A stretch of 46,561 bases of DNA, taken from contig JAYPJE010000002.1 in the NCBI GenBank assembly GCA_038128265.1, positions 1-46,561 on the forward strand, read 5' to 3'. Below the pieces are notes generated by a model that was given only the letters and a program-made list of their open reading frames with translations, did no database searches and had not been told where the DNA came from. Within the stretch, counting starts at the first letter, position 1, and the number at the start of each line of letters is the position of its first letter. Position numbers and translations under genes: made by a program. Shown piece by piece: positions 8,477 through 17,520 of the stretch. Origin of the DNA: Gemmatimonadota bacterium. Lineage in GTDB: Bacteria > Latescibacterota > UBA2968 > UBA8231.

Positions 8477-9892
8477 TCAGCGCTTTTTGGCAGCCGCCTT
8501 TTTCTTATTGCCCGCCTGCAGGCGATTCGCGGCGCCGACGGAGCCAATGTGCAGCGTGTCATAGGCCTGCTGAGATGATTCAAAAGGCCCTTCGTGCGTT
8601 TGGGCACCGTGCCACTGAAGGTTGGTATACATGGGATTGGGCGCATTGGTCGCCTTTTCGCGCTCGGCGATATGGGCCAGCATGCGCTCCTCCAGCATAG
8701 CGACAACGGCTTTTTCCCTATTGGCGAGGTTTTTCAGCTCGAGCGGGTCTTCGACTAAGTTGTAGAGTTCAACGCGCGGTTTAAAGTGAAAGTCGGGTTC
8801 GAGGGCAATCATCAGCTTCCACTGCGGCGTGCGCCATCCGTGTTTGCGCATCCAGGTGCATTCGGTGATGTAGAATTCGGAGTAGTTGGACGCGCGCTTG
8901 CCGGAGATGAGCGGCAGCAGCGACTGGCCGTCGAATTGGATATCCGCCTTGACGTTTAGCAACTGCAGGATTGTCGGCACGAGGTCCTGGTGCAGCGTCG
9001 TGCCCTTCACGCGCTGTCCGGCGGGGACTTTGCCGGGCAGGCGAATAATCAACGGCACATAGAGCGTGTTGTCATACATGCCGTGATGGTCGTACCAGCA
9101 ATCGTGCTCGTAGAGCGTTTCGCCGTGGTCGCCGTTGATGACGATCAGCGTATCGTCTTCCAAGCCGAGCTCGGAAACGCGCGTAATAAGGCGCTGAATA
9201 CAGGCATCCATATAGGCAATGGCGCCGTCGTACTGCGCATCGACGTAGTGTCGGTCGGTCACGCCCGGCGGCATCCAGTCTGCGAAGAAATCGCAAAACG
9301 GCTTGAAGTTAAAGACCGGCTGCATGGACTTGTTCTTGGGATCGAATTCATTGCCGCTGTAAAACATGCGTTCAAAGGGAGCCGGTGGTAGGTAGGGAGC
9401 GTGTGGGTCCATGTGGCGCAGAAAGAGGAAGAACGGCTTTTTCGACTTGGATAGGCGTTCGAGCTCGGGGATGGCCACTTTGTTGAGCTCTTCTGCTTTT
9501 GGGCTGCGACCGGCGGCCCAGGAACCCCAGCCAGGGTAGTCGAAGTAGCGGTCAAAGCCGCGCGAACTCGCATTGCCGCTGAAGCCGACGCAGGACGTAT
9601 TGTAGCCGTTCTTTTTTAATATTTCCGGCAGGGTGCGCACCTTTTTGGGCAAGCCTCCCCGGTGGCGCAGAGCGACAACCGAAGTCGAAAAGCAGTCGAG
9701 TCCGGTGAGCATGGAAGCATAGGCCGAAGTAGTTGGAATATGCGGAGAGTAATTTTGCTCAAAGAGCGTGCCGCCTTCGGCGAATCGATCGATGTGCGGA
9801 GTCGTCTGACGGTGATAGCCGTAGCAGCTCATATGGTCGGCGCGCAGGCTGTCGATGCCGAATAAAATAAGGTTTGTCTTTTTTGCGGGCAT
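8477..9892 (-). CDS. Sulfatase-like hydrolase (alkaline phosphatase superfamily, non-canonical nucleophile motif)
   Basis: NLILFGIDSLRADH, MDPHAPY, YDGAIAYMD, GDHGE, DHHGMY, ELYNL..DP.E..NL. The C/S-x-P-x-R motif is replaced by PTTSAYASMLTG. Confidence 0.85.
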   Translation of the reverse strand: MPAKKTNLILFGIDSLRADHMSCYGYHRQTTPHIDRFAEGGTLFEQNYSPHIPTTSAYASMLTGLDCFSTSVVALRHRGGLPKKVRTLPEILKKNGYNTSCVGFSGNASSRGFDRYFDYPGWGSWAAGRSPKAEELNKVAIPELERLSKSKKPFFLFLRHMDPHAPYLPPAPFERMFYSGNEFDPKNKSMQPVFNFKPFCDFFADWMPPGVTDRHYVDAQYDGAIAYMDACIQRLITRVSELGLEDDTLIVINGDHGETLYEHDCWYDHHGMYDNTLYVPLIIRLPGKVPAGQRVKGTTLHQDLVPTILQLLNVKADIQFDGQSLLPLISGKRASNYSEFYITECTWMRKHGWRTPQWKLMIALEPDFHFKPRVELYNLVEDPLELKNLANREKAVVAMLEERMLAHIAEREKATNAPNPMYTNLQWHGAQTHEGPFESSQQAYDTLHIGSVGAANRLQAGNKKKAAAKKR

Positions 9893-9931
9893 GCGTGTCC
9901 CCTTTGCATGGTGAAGTGTTGGGCTTGGGCA

Positions 9932-9960
9932 ATGCTAAAGCGAGAAGGATGTATCGTCAA
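9932..9960 (-). promoter_or_regulatory. sigma70-type promoter of the sulfatase-like gene
   Basis: Minus strand TTGACG-N17-TAGCAT about 40 nt upstream of ATG 9892. Confidence 0.6.
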
Positions 9961-10105
9961 GGGAAGACGATAGCCGATTGAAGCCCGATTGAAGCGGTGT
10001 GCTACATTGGTTAGATTTCGCCGGCGCTGGGTCGATGGTCGCGCGCGGTGTGCGAAAGAATCGATCGGCGCGACGCGATGTATTATCAGACGGGAGAACG
10101 CACAT

Positions 10106-11158
10106 ATGGGTAAAAAATTAAAGGTAGCTGTGCTGGGCGTAGGGGGGATCGCCGGGGCGCATATGCCCGGCTGGAAGGCATCTGAAGACGCCGAACTGGC
10201 TGCCGGCTGCGATGTCAACGGCGAGGTGCTGAGCAAGTGGGGTGCTGAGCACGGAGTCGACCGGCTCTACACCGATGTTGAAGCGCTGTGGGCCGATGAT
10301 GAAATCGATATCGTCGATATATGCACCCCTAATATGTACCACGCGCCGCTGAGCATTGGCGCATTGGATTCCGGCAAGCACGTGATCTGTGAAAAACCGC
10401 TGGCGCCAACGCCCGATGAGGTGCGCCAGATGATTGCCGCGCGCGACCGCTCGGGCAAACTGCTAATGACGGCGCAGAGCGTGCGCTTTTCCGGCAATGC
10501 GCGCGCCTTTAAAGAAGAAGTTGATGCGGGTGCGCTGGGCGAGGTCTATCACGCGCGCTGCTGGGCGCTGCGCCGAGCGGGCGTGCCGGTGGGGCCTGGC
10601 TTTATCCAAAAAAAGAACAGCGGCGGTGGTCCGTGTATTGACATCGGCGTGCACATGCTCGACTTGGCTCTGTGGCTAATGGGCAACCCCCAGCCGGTAT
10701 CGGTCAACGGCGTGTCCATCGCGCCGCTGGCCCACAGAGAGGGTGCATTTTCCGAATGGGGCCGCGCGCCCATTCCACCCGAATACGACGTCGAGGACTT
10801 TGCCGCCGGTTTTGTGCGCTTTGCCAACGGGGCGACGATGGTGTTGGAAATGAGTTGGATGCTGCATCACGGCGGATCGGAGACCGGCGTCTGGCTCTAC
10901 GGAAAGGACGGTGGAGGGCACTGGCCTTCGTGCGAGTTTTTCCAGAGCAATTACCAGACGCGACAGCACTACAATCGCACGCTCAAACTGCACGGCGATG
11001 GGTTGGGTTCGCACGCTGAAGAGTGCATCGCCTTCGCCCGGGCCATCGCGCAGGGCGAACCTTCGCCGGTTCCGGCAGAGCAGTCGCTGCAGGTTGTGCA
11101 GATTCTCGATGGAATTTATCGCAGCCAGGACACGGGATCGGAAGTGCGCCTCGACTGA
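10106..11158 (+). CDS. Gfo/Idh/MocA family oxidoreductase
   Basis: GxGxIA Rossmann motif, CTPN..H, HVICEKP, GGGPCIDIGVH. GGGAG RBS before ATG 10106. Confidence 0.92.
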   Translation: MGKKLKVAVLGVGGIAGAHMPGWKASEDAELAAGCDVNGEVLSKWGAEHGVDRLYTDVEALWADDEIDIVDICTPNMYHAPLSIGALDSGKHVICEKPLAPTPDEVRQMIAARDRSGKLLMTAQSVRFSGNARAFKEEVDAGALGEVYHARCWALRRAGVPVGPGFIQKKNSGGGPCIDIGVHMLDLALWLMGNPQPVSVNGVSIAPLAHREGAFSEWGRAPIPPEYDVEDFAAGFVRFANGATMVLEMSWMLHHGGSETGVWLYGKDGGGHWPSCEFFQSNYQTRQHYNRTLKLHGDGLGSHAEECIAFARAIAQGEPSPVPAEQSLQVVQILDGIYRSQDTGSEVRLD

Positions 11159-11181
11159 ATGGGTATAGCTTCGAGCAGTGG

Positions 11182-11214
11182 GAGGGCTGGTACGCGCGTG
11201 CCGGCCCTCTTTTT
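11182..11214 (+). terminator. Rho-independent terminator
   Basis: GAGGGCTGGTAC-GCGC-GTGCCGGCCCTC followed by T5. Confidence 0.8.
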
Positions 11215-11425
11215 GTACCCACTGGAGCCCTTCGTCTTGGGCCTCGTTTTGATGGTGTGAAAAGCGGATTAGAGGGGCACGATCAGAGGGCGGAGTTGGC
11301 TTCGGGAGGGTTTTTGAGTATAGATTAATAGAAATTTATTAAGCTGAAAAATAAATTTACCCTATGTAAGTGAATTAAAAATAGTATGTTATAAAACCGT
11401 CTTCGCGGGCGCGACACGAATCTGC

Positions 11426-11454
11426 TTGACTTATATACAAATGAACAGTATTAT
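11426..11454 (+). promoter_or_regulatory. Strong sigma70-type promoter with a possible repressor site in the spacer
   Basis: TTGACT-N17-TATTAT with an AT-rich upstream tract. The spacer contains TATAC-AAAT-GAACA. Confidence 0.75.
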
Positions 11455-11545
11455 TTTGTGCAGGTTTTGGCAATTGCTAATTTTTTAGAAAACGGGGAGC
11501 AGCTGGCCGGCAGTTAGCCTCCCTTTCACAGAGAGAGAAAACGCC

Positions 11546-11683
11546 ATGCAGCGATTGGTCCCATTGAGTATACAGACCGCATATCAGAGCGAAGACCTTC
11601 CGGCGACGGGCTGGCTGAGGGTGCTTACAGGTGCGCTGATGATCGTCGTCATGAGCTATCCCACCATTCGTTATCTGGCCTGA
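11546..11683 (+). CDS. Small hydrophobic protein, 45 aa (MQRLVPLSIQTAYQSEDLPATGWLRVLTGALMIVVMSYPTIRYLA)
   Basis: First ATG after the promoter, purine-rich upstream (AGAGAGAGAAA), one C-terminal hydrophobic stretch. Below the ORF-track cutoff. Confidence 0.45.
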   Translation: MQRLVPLSIQTAYQSEDLPATGWLRVLTGALMIVVMSYPTIRYLA

Positions 11684-11705
11684 TCTGGCGGGGAAACGAG
11701 CCAAT

Positions 11706-11885
11706 ATGTCATCTATAGAAAAGGAGCGGATTGAGCGGGCAGCCCGCATATACGCCAGCAATTTCGATGCAGGTCTGGCCTTGGGCATCGCCCCGGGCAG
11801 CTTTGGTCGCCTGTGTCGGCGCTACGGCATCGAGACGCCCCAGGCGCGTCGCCGCCGCCGTCGTGCCGAATGGAAGGCGCGGTAG
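11706..11885 (+). CDS. Small basic helix-turn-helix-like protein, 59 aa (MSSIEKERIERAARIYASNFDAGLALGIAPGSFGRLCRRYGIETPQARRRRRRAEWKAR)
   Basis: N..A..ALGI....F.RL.RRYGI resembles the Fis/NtrC-type HTH pattern. Arg-rich tail, GGGGA upstream. Confidence 0.7.
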   Translation: MSSIEKERIERAARIYASNFDAGLALGIAPGSFGRLCRRYGIETPQARRRRRRAEWKAR

Positions 11886-11961
11886 CCGCAAGCGTCCAGT
11901 GTGCAGAGGTTGGAATGAGTGATATAGGTTGGATAAAATACGCTAGGAAAAGGAGAGTGAT

Positions 11962-12402
11962 ATGTCGCGCGGCAGTGTAAATAAAGTCGTATTGGTCGGC
12001 AATCTCGGAGCCGATCCCGATGTTCGCTTTACGGCAAGTGGGACGCAGGTAGCCCATTTTAATTTGGCCACGAGCGAAAGCTGGCAGGACAAAAACGGCG
12101 AGCGTCAGGAGCGCACGGAATGGCATCGCATCGTCCTGTGGCGGCGGCTGGCCGAAATTGCTGCCCAGTATATCAAGAAGGGTAATAAGGTGTATATCGA
12201 AGGCAAGCTACAGACGCGCAGCTGGGATGATACCAACGGGCAAAAGCGCTACACGACGGAAATAGTCGCCCAGACGCTCGAGATGCTCGACAGCGCGAAT
12301 GGAGGGCCTGCCGACCTCGATTTGAGCTACGGCCGCGCCCACCAAACCGGGTCTGCCGGGATAAATAGCTCGCAGGGGGTGGGAGAAGATTTGCCGTTTT
12401 AG
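11962..12402 (+). CDS. ssb: Single-stranded DNA-binding protein
   Basis: [40 protein letters not shown]-terminal acidic DLPF tip. AAGGAG RBS. Confidence 0.97.
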   Translation: MSRGSVNKVVLVGNLGADPDVRFTASGTQVAHFNLATSESWQDKNGERQERTEWHRIVLWRRLAEIAAQYIKKGNKVYIEGKLQTRSWDDTNGQKRYTTEIVAQTLEMLDSANGGPADLDLSYGRAHQTGSAGINSSQGVGEDLPF

Positions 12403-12450
12403 ACCTGCGCTAAGCAGCCTTGACCGGTTGCTATTAGGGGTATTAGATTG

Positions 12451-12482
12451 GTCACGCTTCCACGAGGGAGCGTGACTTTTTT
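12451..12482 (+). terminator. Rho-independent terminator after ssb
   Basis: GTCACGCTTCC-ACGA-GGGAGCGTGAC followed by T6. Confidence 0.8.
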
Positions 12483-12502
12483 ATGCCTAATGGGAGGTAA
12501 CC

Positions 12503-13339
12503 ATGGCTTTCGAACTCAATGTCAAAGGTAAGTTCAAGGATCTAACGCCGAGCTATCGCGGCACCCGCTTTCAAGATGGGCGCCCCAAAGTCAACGACAA
12601 TATCCTCAAGCGCATGAAGAAGGTAACCGTTGAAGAGGCGTGGGGGGTACTGGCTGGAAAAGGGCATCACTTTCAGTTTGAGGGCAACTGGCTCAACCTG
12701 CATCCCGATCGGGTCGTGGTGGGGCGCGCCGTCACCTGCCGCTACGTGCCTCACCGGCCCGATTTGAACGATATTGTTCAGGCCGACGGCAAGCGCAAAA
12801 AATATATCGGGGGCCAGAACAGCTGGGTAATTGACTCCCTTGTCAAAGACGACGTGCTGGTTGTAGAGCTATTTGGCAAAATCGTTAAGGGCACGTTTAT
12901 CGGCGATAACCTCGGCACGGCTATCAGCGTCAATACCGGAGGCACCGGGGTTGTTATTGACGGCAGTATTCGCGACGATGAGCGCGTGCGCGATCTGCCC
13001 TTCAACGTGCTATGCCGCGGCACGCATCCGACGGCTATTGGCGAGGTGACTATGGCGGAGATGAACGGTCCCGTGCGGATTGGCAATACCACCTGTATGC
13101 CCGGCGATATTGTGTTGGCCAAGCAGGCTGGCGTCGTATTTATTCCGCCGCAGTATGCCAAGGAAGTAGTTGAGCAGTCGGAAAATGTGCGCCTGCGCGA
13201 CTACTGGGGTAAGAAGACCATTGCCGATGGTCGCTATACGCCGGGCGAGGTCGATCGCCGTTGGTCGGATAAAATGGAGAAAGAGTTCGCAAAGTGGAAA
13301 AAGGAAGTAGATATCAACGCCGTCTTTGACGAGCTGTAG
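12503..13339 (+). CDS. RraA/HMG-CHA aldolase family protein
   Basis: GRAVTCRYVP, GTFIGDNLG, GVVIDGSIRD, PGDIVL...GVVFIP motifs. GGGAGG RBS. Confidence 0.85.
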   Translation: MAFELNVKGKFKDLTPSYRGTRFQDGRPKVNDNILKRMKKVTVEEAWGVLAGKGHHFQFEGNWLNLHPDRVVVGRAVTCRYVPHRPDLNDIVQADGKRKKYIGGQNSWVIDSLVKDDVLVVELFGKIVKGTFIGDNLGTAISVNTGGTGVVIDGSIRDDERVRDLPFNVLCRGTHPTAIGEVTMAEMNGPVRIGNTTCMPGDIVLAKQAGVVFIPPQYAKEVVEQSENVRLRDYWGKKTIADGRYTPGEVDRRWSDKMEKEFAKWKKEVDINAVFDEL

Positions 13340-13374
13340 AGACGCATTTGACGGTTGGTTATAAAGGGGGTTGT

Positions 13375-13406
13375 CGAGGCCCGGAGACGGCGATCTCCGG
13401 GCCTCG
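13375..13406. repeat. Perfect 13-bp intergenic inverted repeat
   Basis: CGAGGCCCGGAGA-CGGCGA-TCTCCGGGCCTCG with no adjacent U-tract. Confidence 0.75.
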
Positions 13407-13545
13407 GTGCGTACTGGATAAAAAAACCAACTGCAGTGCGCAAAGAGATGGGGTGGGGGCCATGGCTTGCCCCAGATGCCTCGTGCGGCGCGTGTGTATC
13501 TGGTTATAGTGCAACAGCTGGTTTTCAATGCGAGAGGAAGCTGAA

Positions 13546-14592
13546 ATGAAAAAGTTGCGGATGGGCGTTGTTGGGTTGGGTATGGGGCGTGGGCACGCGC
13601 GAGGTTACTTGAACCACCCCCAGGCCGACCTGGTGGCCCTGTGTGATATGGATGGAGAAAAGCTGGCGCGTGAAGCCGGCGAAATGGGCGTCGAACAGAC
13701 CTATGAAGATGCAGGCGAGATGTTTGAAAAGGCCGACCTCGACGCCGTAAGCATTGCCGTGCCGAACAAACTACATGCCCCGCTGACCATCGCCGCGCTC
13801 AAGAGGGGTCTACACGTGCTGTGCGAAAAACCGATGGCGCGCACGGCCAAAGAGGCCGAACGCATGTTGGCAGCGGCGCGTGCGGCCAAAAAGAATTTGA
13901 TGATTAACTTTTCCTTTCGCTTTTCCGATATGAGCTACGCGCTGAAAGAGCAGGTTGATGCGGGGGTAGTGGGCGATATCTACTTTGGTCGCAGCGTGTG
14001 GCACCGCCGGCGCGGCATGCCCCGATTTGGTGGATGGTTTGGTATCAAAGAGATGTCGGGTGGGGGCCCGCTTATCGATCTGGGCGTTCACCGCCTCGAC
14101 CTCGCCCTATGGCTGATGGGTTACCCAGAACCGGTCGCCGTCAGCGGTTCGACATACGATCCGCTCGCGCGTGCCTTGGCCGAGAAGGAGGGCGCGTCAT
14201 ACGACGTGGAGGACTTGGCCTGTGGCCTGGTTAAATTTGCCAACGGTGCCACCCTAATCTTAGAGGCTAGTTGGGCGCTCAATATAAACGAGAACGAGCA
14301 TATGGTTACCTCGCTATACGGGACGCGGGGCGGACTGGTGCAGCGCAATGTCGGTGGGGGCTACGAGTTTGAAGCCGAGTTGTACACGGCAGAGGGCGAG
14401 AGCCATTTCACTAAGAGGCTAGATCGGCGCACGCAGCGCGCGCCCTCCTCGTACGGGGAATTTGTCGACAGTATTTTAGAGCGGCGACAGCCCATTGCTA
14501 CGGGTGAGCACGGACTAAAAGTGATGAAAATTCTCGATGGTATTTACAAAAGTGCGGCTACCGGGAGGGAAGTGCGCTACCGCTCGCACTAG
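13546..14592 (+). CDS. Gfo/Idh/MocA family oxidoreductase
   Basis: GVVGLGMG, AVPNKLH, HVLCEKP, GGGPLIDLGVH. GAGGA RBS before ATG 13546. Confidence 0.92.
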   Translation: MKKLRMGVVGLGMGRGHARGYLNHPQADLVALCDMDGEKLAREAGEMGVEQTYEDAGEMFEKADLDAVSIAVPNKLHAPLTIAALKRGLHVLCEKPMARTAKEAERMLAAARAAKKNLMINFSFRFSDMSYALKEQVDAGVVGDIYFGRSVWHRRRGMPRFGGWFGIKEMSGGGPLIDLGVHRLDLALWLMGYPEPVAVSGSTYDPLARALAEKEGASYDVEDLACGLVKFANGATLILEASWALNINENEHMVTSLYGTRGGLVQRNVGGGYEFEAELYTAEGESHFTKRLDRRTQRAPSSYGEFVDSILERRQPIATGEHGLKVMKILDGIYKSAATGREVRYRSH

Positions 14593-14643
14593 CGTTGGAG
14601 CGCCGTGCGAGCGGTGCATAAGACTGCGATGCTGTGATATACG

Positions 14644-15279
14644 CTACTTGTTGGGCTGTGGTGTCTCGCGCAGGTAGGGCTTGAGCACCGTAAAGCCCTT
14701 CGGTAGCTGCGCTCTGGCCTGTTCGTCGGAAAGAGCCGGCGAGACGATGCAATCGTCGCCGTCCTTCCAATTGGCGGGCGTGGCGACCGGGTATGTTGCC
14801 GATAGCTGCAGTGAATCGATGACGCGCAGGATTTCGTCGAAATTGCGCCCAGCTGAAGCCGGGTAGGTCAAGGTGAGCTTGACCTTCTTGTCTGGACCAA
14901 TGATAAATACGGAGCGCACGGTCATATTATCGAGTGCATTGGGATGGATCATATCGTATAGGGTAGCGATGGTGCGATCTGGATCGGCGAGCATGGGGAA
15001 GTTGACGCTCGTCTCTTGCGTCTCGTTGATATCGCTAATCCAGCCCATGTGGTCATCTAAGGAGTCAACGCTTAGACCGATGACCTTGACATTGCGCTTG
15101 TCGAAGTCGCCTTTGAGTTTGGCTACAGTGCCCAACTCGGTCGTGCAGACCGGCGTGTAGTCGGCTGGGTGGGAGAATAGCACGCCCCAGCTATTGCCGA
15201 GCCACTTGTGGAAAGAAATCGTCCCCTGTGTGCTCTCGGCTGTGAAATCGGGGGCTGTATCGCCAAGGCGAATGGCCAT
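14644..15279 (-). CDS. 1-Cys peroxiredoxin (Prx6)
   Basis: FSHPADYTPVCTTE, TVRSVFII, YPASAGRNFDE, ATPANW. AGGAG RBS before ATG 15279. Confidence 0.95.
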   Translation of the reverse strand: MAIRLGDTAPDFTAESTQGTISFHKWLGNSWGVLFSHPADYTPVCTTELGTVAKLKGDFDKRNVKVIGLSVDSLDDHMGWISDINETQETSVNFPMLADPDRTIATLYDMIHPNALDNMTVRSVFIIGPDKKVKLTLTYPASAGRNFDEILRVIDSLQLSATYPVATPANWKDGDDCIVSPALSDEQARAQLPKGFTVLKPYLRETPQPNK

Positions 15280-15420
15280 GGTGTGTGCTCCTATTGTATT
15301 GAGGTGTTGGTTGGTTCCCCTGTGCAAAAGCACATTTTTCAGACAACATAAAATATGAGTATTGCTCCCACTGTCAAAAAAACGGCCCCGTTGATGAGGG
15401 GTAGAAGAGGCTGGTACGCG

Positions 15421-16266
15421 ATGAGGTTGATGGTCTTTATGCTGTGTTGGATGGCCCTTCCAGCGAGCGCATGGTGGGGTAGTGGACACGCGGTCTTGTC
15501 CGAGGCTGCAGTGCGGGCGTTGCCCGACGAAATGCCCACTTTTTTTCGCGAAGATGCGCGCACAATCGCCGCTGCATCGATTGATGCCGACCTGCATAAA
15601 AACCGCGCTGTGCCCAATATCAACCAGACTGAGCGCACGGAGCACTTTATCGATATGGAGCTGCTCAAAGGGGCGGACCTGCCGGCTCAGCGCTATGCGT
15701 TTATCGCCCTTTGCTACAAAGTAGGCGTTGAGCCCGAGCGCGTGGGCTTGGTGCCCTATGCCCTAGCCGAGTGGACGGGGCGGCTGGCCGTGGCCTTTGC
15801 CGAGCATCGCAAGTGGCCCGACGATCCTGCGATACGAGCAAAGTGTCTAGTTTATGCGGGCTTTGTTGCCCACTACGCCCAGGATTTGACGCAGCCGCTG
15901 CATACGACCGTGCACTACGACGGAATAAAGCAGCCCGACGGCACGACGATTGGAAAGGGCATACACGAGTTGGTCGACTCGTCTGTCGAACGCCTAGCGT
16001 TGGATCCGGGCGAGTTGGCCCGAGGGATAGAGTTGGTCGAGCACGACTCGCTAATGGTGGCCATTGTCGCGGCGCTGAAGGAGAGCCATGCGCAGGTCGG
16101 TTTGATATACGACATCGGCGATGCCTGGGAGGACGTCGATGACGAGCGCATGCAGGCGGTGTGCCAAGAGCGCGCGCGCACGGCCGTTGCGCTGACGGGC
16201 TCGCTCTTTTTGACCGCTTGGCGCCGGTCGGACGGCATGTGGTTGCCCGGTTGGTTGGCGCGCTGA
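15421..16266 (+). CDS. Secreted S1/P1 nuclease / Zn-dependent phospholipase C-fold protein
   Basis: Signal peptide ending ASA, then WWGSGH. Metal-ligand motifs AD, HFID, HYAQDL.QPLH and IHELVD are present. Confidence 0.8.
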   Translation: MRLMVFMLCWMALPASAWWGSGHAVLSEAAVRALPDEMPTFFREDARTIAAASIDADLHKNRAVPNINQTERTEHFIDMELLKGADLPAQRYAFIALCYKVGVEPERVGLVPYALAEWTGRLAVAFAEHRKWPDDPAIRAKCLVYAGFVAHYAQDLTQPLHTTVHYDGIKQPDGTTIGKGIHELVDSSVERLALDPGELARGIELVEHDSLMVAIVAALKESHAQVGLIYDIGDAWEDVDDERMQAVCQERARTAVALTGSLFLTAWRRSDGMWLPGWLAR

Positions 16267-16283
16267 GCGGTTCTTCCCGTGCG

Positions 16284-17420
16284 CTAGAGCGTTAGGGAGA
16301 ATCCGTCGCGATCCTCTACGCCTTGTGCAAAAATTCGCTCTTCGATAGCAATGCCGGCTCCGGGCGTGTCGGGCACGATGAGTTTGCCATCGAGAACGCT
16401 CCAGCCGTCTTCGATGTAGCCCGGCATCTGTGCGGGCGCGGCTTCCAATAGGGCATAGTTGGGTATCGATGCGGCAAAGTGAGCGTGGTGATAGCGCTCG
16501 ATGTAACTGCCCCAGGTGTGCGGTGCACAGAGCACGTCCCACGCTTCCAAACGCGCAGCGGTCGCGCGCCACCAGGTCAGCCCGCTATAGCGGAAGTCGT
16601 GTTGGACCACGTCGATAAGACCGTTTTCCACGAGGTCAAAGAAGTAGGGCGGCGGCGCGAACTCGCCGTCGGCAACTAGCGTGTCCCAATCGTTCTCGAC
16701 GATATATTCTTTTAGCGCTTGGTTGAGTGGGCGGTCCTCGGCAAAGGGCTCTTCAAACCAGTAAATGCCGATGTCGGCGCACAGGTCCAAAAGGGCTTTG
16801 GCGCTGTTGAGCGTGTTGCCCATATTGGCGTCGATCATCACTTTGGCGCCGGGTTCGCAGGCCTGGCGCACGCTGCGAATGACGAGTGCGTCGCGCTGGA
16901 GGCCGGCTTCCGGTTCCATCCAACGCGCGCCGCGGCCGACTTTAACCTTGAAGTTTCTGTAGCCGCATTCCTGTCCGCTTTCGACCTCTTCGCGAAACAG
17001 CGCGACTGCTTCTTCGTCGCTTAACTCCAAATCATCTATGTAAATTGATGCGTCGTAGAGCTCGACCTGGCGCCTGCCGCGTGCCCCCAGCAGCCTGTAC
17101 AGCGGCAGGTGCATCAGTCGTGCGACCAGATCCCACAGCGGCAGGTCGACGGCGCGGCCGCCTGGCAGAGTGCCTTCGGGCAGGCGGAATAGCTCGCTGA
17201 TCGACGTGCCGAGCAGCGCTTCGGCAGCAGGGCGGTCGATATTCGACCAGCCGATGCCCCAGGCGCCGTTCGCCGCTTCGAGGCGCACGACGGAGTCGAC
17301 GATGCGGGATCCGTGCGTGGGAATGCGCGCGTTGTGGCCAATCGAGCGGGGGCGCGTGCCGCGTATAATTGACTTTTCGATGCGGACGATGCGTTCGTCT
17401 GGCGTAGTCTCTTCGCTCAT
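16284..17420 (-). CDS. Mandelate racemase/muconate lactonizing (enolase superfamily) protein
   Basis: DLPLWDL.AR...PLY.LLG, FKVKVG, MIDAN, WFEEP, DGE, PHTW, PGAGI. Confidence 0.88.
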   Translation of the reverse strand: MSEETTPDERIVRIEKSIIRGTRPRSIGHNARIPTHGSRIVDSVVRLEAANGAWGIGWSNIDRPAAEALLGTSISELFRLPEGTLPGGRAVDLPLWDLVARLMHLPLYRLLGARGRRQVELYDASIYIDDLELSDEEAVALFREEVESGQECGYRNFKVKVGRGARWMEPEAGLQRDALVIRSVRQACEPGAKVMIDANMGNTLNSAKALLDLCADIGIYWFEEPFAEDRPLNQALKEYIVENDWDTLVADGEFAPPPYFFDLVENGLIDVVQHDFRYSGLTWWRATAARLEAWDVLCAPHTWGSYIERYHHAHFAASIPNYALLEAAPAQMPGYIEDGWSVLDGKLIVPDTPGAGIAIEERIFAQGVEDRDGFSLTL

Positions 17421-17520
17421 GACCTGTTATTCCCTCTGTTCCGCTGCCACGCACCCGCCACCATGGCGTGGGGAGATGCCTTGGACGGGTGATCCATTGG
17501 CTTGGTTGGTATGCAATCGG

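Noticed and set aside
11477..12126. Minus-strand ORFs (103, 60 and 137 aa) and the 63-aa plus ORF upstream of ssb
   Set aside because: No motifs or RBS. They overlap better-supported small plus-strand ORFs and ssb.
13413..13432. TACTGGATAAAAAAACCAA resembling an E. coli-type SOS box
   Set aside because: It reads CTG-N10-CCA rather than CAG and precedes a sugar oxidoreductase, not a repair gene.
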